A DNA stretch of 14,533 nt from Candidatus Woesearchaeota archaeon (GCA_964573185.1 CAZNIQ010000017.1:1-14533), one strand, 5' to 3'. Positions 1-6,408 are shown, counted from the stretch's first letter. Numbers and translations are program-made. Notes: generated by a model from the sequence alone, not told the origin.

Positions 1-108
1 TTCAAAGAACTTAACATATTCCTTAATAATGAATACTAATAATCTCTCTTCAGAGGGACTTAAAATAAGAGGAATCAAGATGTTTCTATGATGGACGGCT
101 AATGTCAT
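1..108 (-). CDS. hypothetical protein; only the N-terminal 36 codons are in the window (runs off the left edge)
   Basis: Hand translation of the minus strand. ATG at 108-106 is preceded by an in-frame TAA (111-109). The frame then reads MTLAVHHRNILIPLILSPSEERLLVFIIKEYVKFFE and stays open to position 1. An ATTTAAAT element (130-137) is centred ~25 nt upstream, the same geometry as other starts in this window. Too short for the supplied ORF track. Confidence 0.4.
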   Translation of the reverse strand, partial: MTLAVHHRNILIPLILSPSEERLLVFIIKEYVKFFE

Positions 109-129
109 TTAAATTATATGTTTTTTGGA

Positions 130-137
130 ATTTAAAT
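130..137 (-). promoter_or_regulatory. candidate TATA box for the 1..108 gene (leaderless geometry); overlaps the last base of the D box of the upstream sRNA
   Basis: ATTTAAAT is centred ~25-26 nt upstream of the ATG at 108. This matches the archaeal TATA-to-TSS spacing if the mRNA is leaderless. Confidence 0.3.
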
Positions 138-245
138 CAGTAATCCGCCGTTTTCCACATCTTTTTTGTACCCCCGCTCCAGGAACGGGTATCATTTTTC
201 AACCCGTCGGCGGAGCGGGGTTCAGGAAGCCGTCCTGCTCATCAT
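137..245 (-). ncRNA. atypical/composite box C/D-type sRNA with a large structured insertion between D' and C'
   Basis: Minus-strand layout:
- C box aUGAUGA (245-239).
- 13-nt spacer GCAGGACGGCUUC (238-226).
- D' CUGA (225-222).
- 49-nt G+C-rich hairpin (220-172).
- UACAAAAAAG.
- Degenerate C' AUGUGGA (160-154).
- 13-nt spacer AAACGGCGGAUUA (153-141).
- D box CUGA (140-137).
The C box begins with the stop codon of the 242..829 gene. The C' box is weak (5/7 match to RUGAUGA) and the D'-C' distance is far above the usual 3-9 nt. Confidence 0.55.
172..220 (-). other. G+C-rich hairpin capped by a K-loop (putative L7Ae-binding module), embedded in the sRNA above
   Basis: Read on the minus strand:
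- 9-bp lower stem CCCCGCUCC/GGAGCGGGG.
- 3x3 internal loop GCC/CCU.
- 7-bp upper stem GACGGGU/ACCCGUU. Its G-U pair would be a C-A mismatch on the plus strand.
- 11-nt loop UGAAAAAUGAU.
The loop can form tandem sheared G-A/A-G pairs (G193-A199, A192-G200) plus a U191-U201 pair stacked on A190-U202. That is the C'/D'-type K-loop pattern. ACA follows 2 nt after the stem (169-167). Confidence 0.6.
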
Positions 246-829
246 TTACATATCTCTTCTATTTTTTCTTTAGATTTATAAAATAAAGAAGGTTTCTCCA
301 AAACTAAAGCACCACATTTTTTAATTATATATTTTATTACTTCTTCACTTCTTGAAAGAATCCTTGGATTTCCATAAACAAATTCTACAGCTTTTATGTA
401 AGGTAAACTCAGTTCTCTTGCTAAAATTTCTATTTTTCTTTTAATAGTATAAGGATTGTATGTTAATATTTTTGGAAATTCTAGGATTAAGTTTTTTATC
501 TCGTCTCTACTTTTATTAAAAATACTTTTCAACTCCTTTATTTTATTCTCTGTAGTAGAGGGATCATACGTTAACAAACTGGGAGCGGTAGCAACCGCTT
601 TTCTGCCAAACATATCAATTAAATATTCAATTCTGTGTTCTAATGTTGTCTGATCTAAAGTGAAAACTTCTGGATGTCTTAATAATTTAGGCAAATCTGA
701 AGGTAATATGTAATGGGCCAATAATTCTAATTTTTTACGTATATTTTCCTCTGTATAAGAATTTTTACTTTTCTTTTTCCTTAACTTTTGTATTATAATT
801 TTTATTAAATCTTCATACATCTGGTTCAA
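242..829 (-). CDS. helical-repeat protein resembling mTERF-type repeats (putative nucleic-acid-binding protein)
   Basis: 195-aa ORF from the track. It has five tandem ~25-36 aa units, each opening with xP(E/S/K/R)(V/L/I)(F/L)(T/S/Y)...: HPEVFTLD, APSLLTYD, FPKILTYN, NPRILSRS, KPSLFYKS (Pro at aa 53, 83, 119, 155, 180). Each is followed by an amphipathic I/L-rich segment (EHRIEYLIDMFG, ENKIKELKSIF, KRKIEILAREL, EVIKYIIKKCG). It overlaps taw1 by 17 nt. The stop UGA is fused to the C box. Confidence 0.7.
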   Translation of the reverse strand: MNQMYEDLIKIIIQKLRKKKSKNSYTEENIRKKLELLAHYILPSDLPKLLRHPEVFTLDQTTLEHRIEYLIDMFGRKAVATAPSLLTYDPSTTENKIKELKSIFNKSRDEIKNLILEFPKILTYNPYTIKRKIEILARELSLPYIKAVEFVYGNPRILSRSEEVIKYIIKKCGALVLEKPSLFYKSKEKIEEICK

Positions 830-1811
830 CAGATTTTATTATAGGATCTATTGGATTTTTAATATTTCTTAAAACTACAACCCTAGAAGGTTCATGCTCA
901 TCCATGTATTCAAATCCATCAAGATATTCCAAGAGTTTTAAGGCAAATTCTTTAACATCCTTATGTTCGGGTTGGTTTTCAGGTTTTAGTCTATACCTTG
1001 AATATCCTAAATACATATAAGCTTTAACCTCTACAAAATGCGGATTCATCCTTTCAATTATTTCAGCCCATTCATCTAAGTTCTTGTCATTTATTCCTTT
1101 AATTAATGTTATTCTTGCAACTCTTCTAGTTTTAGCTTTAGATAATAACCTTAGTGTTTTATTAAATCTTTCCCAAGCCTTAGGTATTACCGGTCTTGAA
1201 ACATACTCAAATATTTCTTGATTTGATCCTGTAAATGAAATATAGAATTGTGTTGGTAAAGCATTCTCTTCTATCAACCTTTCAACCATTTCAGGTACGG
1301 TACCATTTGAAACTATGAATATTGATTTAACCTGTTTCCAATTTTCTTTGATATACTTGATAGCTTCTGGCATCTTAGGATATAATAAAGGCTCTCCCAT
1401 TAAAGAGAAGGTTACATGAGACGGTTCTAAAGCTTCTTCAAGCATTTTCTTATCTACATTCGGATTTCCTTTAAAACCAATTAATAACTGCTTTCTCAAT
1501 TCTTTTAGTTTTTCTAACAATTCTCCGGGATCAGGGAACCATTCGGGGTGTTCTAATAATTCTAAAGTTTCTTTTTGAAACTCATGATTAGGTCTCCAAC
1601 AATAAATACATCTGTGGGTACACCAGAATAAAGCTAAAGAGATTTGCATACATCTATGAGTATCAATTCCGTAAAACTTATGTTTATAACAGAATCTTTT
1701 ATGTCTTAAGGCTTCTTTCGTCCAATGACATATCGCGACTCCAGCAGTCTTGTAAATACGATAACCAGCTTTCTCCATAGCTTCCTTAATTTTAGGATCT
1801 ATCTGAATCAC
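813..1811 (-). CDS. taw1: tRNA 4-demethylwyosine synthase (radical SAM; Taw1/TYW1)
   Basis: The CTHRCIYCW motif is the radical-SAM CxxxCxxC cluster. The upstream CYKHKFYGIDTHRCMQ block is typical of TYW1/Taw1. Length is 332 aa. The start is GTG at 1811 (the track shows it as M). Confidence 0.9.
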   Translation of the reverse strand: MIQIDPKIKEAMEKAGYRIYKTAGVAICHWTKEALRHKRFCYKHKFYGIDTHRCMQISLALFWCTHRCIYCWRPNHEFQKETLELLEHPEWFPDPGELLEKLKELRKQLLIGFKGNPNVDKKMLEEALEPSHVTFSLMGEPLLYPKMPEAIKYIKENWKQVKSIFIVSNGTVPEMVERLIEENALPTQFYISFTGSNQEIFEYVSRPVIPKAWERFNKTLRLLSKAKTRRVARITLIKGINDKNLDEWAEIIERMNPHFVEVKAYMYLGYSRYRLKPENQPEHKDVKEFALKLLEYLDGFEYMDEHEPSRVVVLRNIKNPIDPIIKSVEPDV

Positions 1812-1830
1812 GTTAAATTTTAGACTTTAA

Positions 1831-1839
1831 TTATTATAA
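1831..1839 (-). promoter_or_regulatory. candidate TATA box for taw1 (leaderless geometry) inside the 35-bp divergent intergenic region
   Basis: The minus strand reads TTATAATAA, centred ~24 nt upstream of the GTG at 1811. A mirror A/T element TTAAATTTTA (1813-1822) lies ~29 nt upstream of the pdaD ATG at 1847. Confidence 0.35.
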
Positions 1840-1846
1840 GGCTTTC

Positions 1847-2305
1847 ATGTTTCGTTACGTATTTTTTACAAAAGGTATAGGTATACATGAGGATCCTTTA
1901 GTTTCTTTTGAGCTAGCTTTAAGAGACGCTGGTATAGAATTTCTAAATTTAGTACCAGTTTCCTCTATTTTGCCACCCAATGTAAAGATAATTCCTAAAG
2001 AAGAGGGAATAAAACTTTTGAAACCAGGTCAAGTGGCTTATGTTGTTCTAGCTAAATATACTTCTAGTGAAGAGGGAAAAGAAATTTTTGCATCTATTGG
2101 TTATGCTATTCCAGAAGAGGAACATTATGGTTATTTCACAGAATATTATGGATATTGGGAAGAAAAACATAAAACGTATGCAGGTGAAATAGCAAAATAT
2201 CTTTTGGAATCTAAAGGAATTAAAGTAAAAGAATATGGAACTATATATGTAAAAGCAAAAGTAAGGAAATATACAACTGTTATTGCAGCTGCAGTGTTAA
2301 TCTAA
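1847..2305 (+). CDS. pdaD: pyruvoyl-dependent arginine decarboxylase proenzyme
   Basis: 152 aa. FTKGIG...SFELALRDAGIE..NLVPVSSILPP contains the conserved self-cleaving Ser-Ser site of the PvlArgDC family. Size and layout match archaeal PdaD. Confidence 0.9.
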   Translation: MFRYVFFTKGIGIHEDPLVSFELALRDAGIEFLNLVPVSSILPPNVKIIPKEEGIKLLKPGQVAYVVLAKYTSSEEGKEIFASIGYAIPEEEHYGYFTEYYGYWEEKHKTYAGEIAKYLLESKGIKVKEYGTIYVKAKVRKYTTVIAAAVLI

Positions 2306-2352
2306 TCAGCACTTCGTTGTATCTTCATTTTTCTGCTCACGGGCTTCATCAT
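2306..2352 (-). ncRNA. box C/D sRNA (double guide)
   Basis: Minus-strand layout:
- C box aUGAUGA (2352-2346).
- 12-nt guide AGCCCGUGAGCA (2345-2334).
- Degenerate D' GAAA (2333-2330).
- 2-nt linker AA.
- C' UGAAGA (2327-2322).
- 12-nt guide UACAACGAAGUG (2321-2310).
- D CUGA (2309-2306).
It exactly fills the convergent gap between the pdaD stop (2305) and the S2P stop (2349-2351), and that stop is the first UGA of the C box. Confidence 0.75.
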
Positions 2353-3392
2353 AAAGATAGAATTAGATTTATGATAACTAATAATAAAACTATCGTTGAA
2401 AGTATCTTATAGAGTCTTTTATTAACTAAAGTACTTAAGACAATACCACCATCTAAAATAAATATCGGTAATAGATTTGCGATCCCTATACCTAAGGATA
2501 TCACAAAAATCATTCTTAAAATTCTATAAAGATAATATAAAAAGTAATTTGTAATTTCATATTTCTGTTCGAGTAGGACGCCTAACCAAGGTTTTCCAGA
2601 TTTATTTCCTAAAATTACTGTAAAATTTCCTTTATCTGTAATAATAGTTATCTTTTCACCGGGTTTAAACCTATAGAAAATTTCCTTAAAATCCTGAATA
2701 GTTTTTATAGTATAATTATTTATTCCGATGATTGTTGCATTTATAGGTAATATTTCAGCTGGAGAACCTTTTGTAACATTTATTATCTTTAAACCTTCAA
2801 ATTTGATAAAATTAACAGGTAAAAAGAATAAGGGAAAAATTAATAGAGAAAGAAGAATGTTTCCAAAGGGACCCGCAAAAGCAATAGTTCTTATAATCTT
2901 TTTATCAGAGTTTTTAAGCTGATTCTCATCTGGTTCGGTATAAGCTGCAAGAAAAGGGCCTATCAGAGCTATCCCTAATCCTTTCAGCCTTATATTGTAA
3001 TACCTTATGAAGATTGCGTGAAAGATCTCGTGAACAAAGGCTGCAATAAATATAGCAACAACTGTTTCGATAAAGGGAAAATAATAACCTCCTATTCTAA
3101 TACCGGGTATAACTGGTAAAATTTTGAAAACAGTGTTTTTGTAAAAAATATAATCAACTATTCCTTTAATTACGTAAAAAACCGAGAAAAGCATACCTAA
3201 GAAACCAATAATATTAACTGCATAAGATAAATATTTTAGGAACTTTTTATGATTTTGAACAAATTTGTCTATAAACTCCCCTTTAGACAACTCTAAAAGA
3301 AAAATAAAGCCATATCTTTTTACTTTATGTTTATATTTGTAAAAAACTAGAAATATCAATAAATAGAATATTAGAGGAAGAAAAAATTCCAT
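2349..3392 (-). CDS. M50-family site-2 protease (RseP-like) with an internal PDZ domain
   Basis: HEIFHAI (HExxH) lies in a TM helix and NLLPIFILDGG (NxxPxxxLDG) is near the C-terminus. A PDZ-like segment (GLKIINVTKGSPAE...GEKITIITDKG) sits between them. The protein is polytopic and hydrophobic. The start abuts the L40e stop with 0 nt gap. Confidence 0.9.
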   Translation of the reverse strand: MEFFLPLIFYLLIFLVFYKYKHKVKRYGFIFLLELSKGEFIDKFVQNHKKFLKYLSYAVNIIGFLGMLFSVFYVIKGIVDYIFYKNTVFKILPVIPGIRIGGYYFPFIETVVAIFIAAFVHEIFHAIFIRYYNIRLKGLGIALIGPFLAAYTEPDENQLKNSDKKIIRTIAFAGPFGNILLSLLIFPLFFLPVNFIKFEGLKIINVTKGSPAEILPINATIIGINNYTIKTIQDFKEIFYRFKPGEKITIITDKGNFTVILGNKSGKPWLGVLLEQKYEITNYFLYYLYRILRMIFVISLGIGIANLLPIFILDGGIVLSTLVNKRLYKILSTIVLLLVIINLILSL

Positions 3393-3578
3393 TTATTTCT
3401 TCATGCCAGTTCCGATTTTCTTTGGTCTTAAATCTTTTGAACCACATTTTCTACACTTAACTTTTCCTGCTCTTACTTTTTCGGGATCTGCTCTTATCTT
3501 TGATTTACATTTATAGCATACAAATACTCTTTTAAATAGTCTAGCCTGAACTTCAGGGGGTATCCAAGTAGCTCCCAT
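3393..3578 (-). CDS. rpl40e: 50S ribosomal protein L40e
   Basis: 61 aa and basic. It has a CxxC...CxxC zinc ribbon (CYKCKSK...CRKCGSKDLRPKK) and the typical ARLFKR..C..C leader of L40e. Confidence 0.85.
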   Translation of the reverse strand: MGATWIPPEVQARLFKRVFVCYKCKSKIRADPEKVRAGKVKCRKCGSKDLRPKKIGTGMKK

Positions 3579-3594
3579 TTTTTATACTCTCCCG

Positions 3595-4137
3595 TTACTT
3601 TAAAGAATATTTCTCAAGATCTTTATATAACGGGCCTTGTGGTCTTAGAATGCTTTGCTTTAATTTAAACTCTTTTACTTCAAAATATCCAAAATCTATG
3701 TTCTTTAATTCATCAATAATTTCCAAGAATTTCTCTTTGTTAAGTACTTGCTTTATTCTTGCGATCGTGATATGTGGTACATATTCTTTTTCCAAGGGAA
3801 ATCCAAATTTTTTACATATAATATCCACCTTCCTTTGCAATTCTAACAACTTTTCTTTTCCTTCAGCAATGCCTAACCATAAAACTCTTATCCTATTAAA
3901 ATCTGGAAATGCCCCTAAACCTTTGACCCTTATTTTAAATTTCTCAAATTCGATAGATTTTAGAGCTTCCTGTATTTCCTTTACTTTTGGTGGCTGGAGT
4001 TCTCCTAAAAATTTTAATGTTATATGTAAATTTTCTTTTTCAACAAACTTCGCTCTAATAAATTTTATTTTATTATATATTTTAAATATTTCTTCTTTTA
4101 ATTCATCAGGCAAATCTATTGCTATGAATACTCTCAT
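3595..4137 (-). CDS. thpR: RNA 2',3'-cyclic phosphodiesterase / 2'-5' RNA ligase (LigT/ThpR, 2H family)
   Basis: 180 aa with the two 2H-family HxT motifs, HITLKF and HITIAR, at the expected spacing. Its ATG overlaps the upstream stop (ATGA at 4134-4137). Confidence 0.85.
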   Translation of the reverse strand: MRVFIAIDLPDELKEEIFKIYNKIKFIRAKFVEKENLHITLKFLGELQPPKVKEIQEALKSIEFEKFKIRVKGLGAFPDFNRIRVLWLGIAEGKEKLLELQRKVDIICKKFGFPLEKEYVPHITIARIKQVLNKEKFLEIIDELKNIDFGYFEVKEFKLKQSILRPQGPLYKDLEKYSLK

Positions 4138-4505
4138 TTTCCTTTCTTAAGAATTTTTCTTAAAAACTCTACGAACCATAATAGCGCTTTGTTCCTACCC
4201 TCTGCTTTCTTTAAAAGTTCTTTAATACTTTCTAACTCATTTTTAATTATATAAATGTTATTTTTGCTCTGATTTATAGATCGAATCATTTCTTGATAAA
4301 CTCTAAAATCAATAGTTGTATGTGTAGCAAGATATTTTACTAAAGCTTCTACATCGTTTACGAATTTTAATAATCTGTCATACCTATGTATTTCATTCTC
4401 TATTTCTTTTATTATCTTCTTTTCAAAGGAATCTATAAAATGTATTTCCTTTTCAATGTCTTCCAAATCAACGATAAGCCTTCTTAAAACTTCCCTAATA
4501 TCCAT
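4134..4505 (-). CDS. hypothetical coiled-coil protein
   Basis: 123-aa ORF that is K/E/I-rich with heptad-like periodicity. It is translationally coupled to thpR through an ATGA overlap. A strong TATA element lies ~25 nt upstream of its ATG. I recognise no family motif. Confidence 0.7.
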   Translation of the reverse strand: MDIREVLRRLIVDLEDIEKEIHFIDSFEKKIIKEIENEIHRYDRLLKFVNDVEALVKYLATHTTIDFRVYQEMIRSINQSKNNIYIIKNELESIKELLKKAEGRNKALLWFVEFLRKILKKGK

Positions 4506-4508
4506 AAA

Positions 4509-5546
4509 ATGGAATGGTTTAAGGATTATATAAATGCTGTTTACCCTGTTACGAAAGGAAAATATAGAATTCCTTTAAGCATTACAGAATTCCCTATAGA
4601 GAAAGAAAAATTTGAGGAAATAAAAGAAAAATTATCAATAATTTTTGAAAAGATAAAGGAAATAGTTTTCTATTTTTTAGATAAGAATCTAAAAGGATAT
4701 TTAATAGATGATTTTAGAAAAGAATTATACCTAAGAATTTATGAAAATTATAATTTTAAATTTAAAGGTGTTGTAAGATTTGATTTAATTAACTTTAAGT
4801 TAATAGAAATAAATGCAGATGCAGTTGAAGGTGTTATACAATTAGATATAACTGCTGGGTGGTTTACTAAGAATTTGGATTTTAAGGGAAAACCGCAGTA
4901 CAATACACCTTTATTTAAAGAATTATTTGATGGAAAAGCAATTATAATTTATCCGGAAGGCTATAAATTTGTTGATGAATATTATTTAGAGGCTAAAGAA
5001 TTGAATACAGAATATATTTCTGAAAAGGAGTTTTATAGTAAATTTGAAGAAATAAAAAGTAATTATGGTATCTTTAGAAGAGCAATTGATATTGATAAAG
5101 TTAAAAACATAGAACCATGGTTAGAAAAGCAAAATGTAAATGATATTTTATTTACAATAATTGGAAATAAAGCTAATCTAGCTTATTTATACGATTTCAT
5201 GGATGACGAATTAAAGTATGCTATTGATATTGTTGCGAAAACGTCTTTAAAACCAGAATTTAAAAGGTACGTTTCAAAACCTCCGTTTGGAACTTGGGGA
5301 AATGTAAAGTTTAACGAAAAAGTTGAAGGATGGGTTTATCAAGAATATATTGAAGTACCTCAAGCAAAAATAAAATATATTGATATAGACGATAAAATTA
5401 AAGAAGATGTTTTCTATTACGATTTTGATCCATATGCGTTTTATGATAATAAATTGAAGTTTGGTAATATATTGTTAAGGTTTTCAAAAAGTAAAATATT
5501 AAATGTGGCAAAAGGAGGTGGTGTAGGTTTTTGGACTATCTCTTAA
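4509..5546 (+). CDS. glutathionylspermidine-synthase-like (pre-ATP-grasp) amide ligase family protein, substrate unknown
   Basis: 345 aa. VRFDLINFKLIEINADAVEG resembles the R-x-D...K-l-l-E-x-N-a-D signature of the GspS/ATP-grasp family. The C-terminal part (VSKPPFGTWG...GWVYQEYIE...LLRFSKSKILNVAKGGG) fits the same fold family. Recognition is by eye only. Confidence 0.5.
   Translation: MEWFKDYINAVYPVTKGKYRIPLSITEFPIEKEKFEEIKEKLSIIFEKIKEIVFYFLDKNLKGYLIDDFRKELYLRIYENYNFKFKGVVRFDLINFKLIEINADAVEGVIQLDITAGWFTKNLDFKGKPQYNTPLFKELFDGKAIIIYPEGYKFVDEYYLEAKELNTEYISEKEFYSKFEEIKSNYGIFRRAIDIDKVKNIEPWLEKQNVNDILFTIIGNKANLAYLYDFMDDELKYAIDIVAKTSLKPEFKRYVSKPPFGTWGNVKFNEKVEGWVYQEYIEVPQAKIKYIDIDDKIKEDVFYYDFDPYAFYDNKLKFGNILLRFSKSKILNVAKGGGVGFWTIS
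4526..4534 (-). promoter_or_regulatory. candidate TATA box for the 4134..4505 gene, embedded in codons 6-9 of the divergent 4509..5546 gene
   Basis: The minus strand reads TTTATATAA, centred ~25 nt upstream of the ATG at 4505. The two divergent start codons (4505 and 4509) are separated by only 3 bp, so promoter elements must lie inside the opposing CDS. Confidence 0.4.
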
Positions 5547-6408
5547 GTTCATATGTTTGTAATAGCAGAAGATAGCTCATATTAAATAAAGGTAAAATAG
5601 TTATAATCATTAATTTTAAGATCGGGAAAAGTTGAACATTTATTAACATTGCGAAGAGGGTTATCAAAGTTATTAAAAATAAGGGAAAGACTATAAAAAC
5701 ACCAGTATAAATTGTTAGAAGAGTCGTAAGCTTATCTGTAAATTCTTTCATCTTTAATTTGAATTCAAATAATGCGTTTTTCGCTTCCTGTTCTAAAAAG
5801 AATTTTAAATCTCCTCCAGATCTTATAGTTGATACAAAGGAATATAAAAATTCTGCAAATTTCCTTGAAGGTGTTGTATTTGCAGCTTTAATTAAAGCAG
5901 TGATCAGGTCCAAACCCATTACTTTTGTTAAGTAAGTAATATAATTGGCTTCTTCCTTAATTCCAGGAAATTCTTTTCTTTTTGCTAGTATTTCAAATAT
6001 CTTCTGGGGAGGTAAACCTGATTTTGCTAGAGCGGACATATATAATAAAGCGAAAGGTAAGTTATTCTCTATTGAAACTCTTAAATCTCCTGCTTTTAGA
6101 GAGGGATAGATTCTGAAATAGAGATATACTGATAATGAGAAAACACTTGCTACTATAACAGCTACTAACCACTCTACCCAATGCCAAAAACCAATAGAAA
6201 TTCTCATATAGATTAAAACAACTAAAAATGAAATTATAAAAACTAAGAAAGTCGTTAAGTACATCATTGAAACGTAACTTTCAAATAAAACCGGTATTCT
6301 GGCCTTTACATATTCTCTATAAAAATCTTTGTATTTTTCTCTATTTTTAAGTATGTAATCTAGGAAAAGTCTATTTGCAAGTAATTTGTACTTCTCAAGA
6401 AGATTCAT
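5536..6408 (-). CDS. type II secretion F-domain membrane platform protein (half-size FlaJ/ArlJ/TadC-like)
   Basis: 290 aa. TM helices flank a cytoplasmic helical domain (NNLPFALLYMSALAKSGLPPQKIFEIL...STIRSGGDL), as in T2SF/FlaJ/TadC. It overlaps the FlaI-like gene by 14 nt. It carries one T2SF unit rather than the two seen in full-length FlaJ. Confidence 0.8.
   Translation of the reverse strand: MNLLEKYKLLANRLFLDYILKNREKYKDFYREYVKARIPVLFESYVSMMYLTTFLVFIISFLVVLIYMRISIGFWHWVEWLVAVIVASVFSLSVYLYFRIYPSLKAGDLRVSIENNLPFALLYMSALAKSGLPPQKIFEILAKRKEFPGIKEEANYITYLTKVMGLDLITALIKAANTTPSRKFAEFLYSFVSTIRSGGDLKFFLEQEAKNALFEFKLKMKEFTDKLTTLLTIYTGVFIVFPLFLITLITLFAMLINVQLFPILKLMIITILPLFNMSYLLLLQTYELKR

Noticed and set aside
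86-140. Plus-strand C/D sRNA starting at ATGATGG (88-94)
   Set aside because: The C box is imperfect. No CUGA follows at 12-13 nt (ATTT instead) and there is no plus-strand D box downstream. The segment is better explained as the antisense of the first codons of the 1..108 gene and as one arm of the inverted repeat.
172-220. G+C-rich nested hairpin considered as a tRNA, a split-tRNA half or its complementary leader
   Set aside because: There is no D-arm or T-arm (no GGTTCRAnnCC), no 7-bp acceptor plus anticodon-arm layout, and a single coaxial hairpin only. The apical loop fits a K-loop rather than an anticodon or T loop.
167-220. Stand-alone canonical H/ACA pseudouridylation guide
   Set aside because: The lower-stem length, the ACA position and the K-loop fit. 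However, the internal loop is only 3+3 nt (5+5 at most if two upper-stem pairs open), too small for a normal bipartite guide pocket. It is kept only as 'H/ACA-shaped' within the composite-RNA finding.
456-653. 65-aa plus-strand ORF inside the mTERF-like gene
   Set aside because: It lies entirely antisense to a longer ORF with clear repeat structure. The sequence is F/L/S/I-rich, typical of antisense reading of K/E-rich genes. The same reasoning rejects 2728..2922, 3650..4150, 11803..12093, 13530..13727 and 13676..14026.
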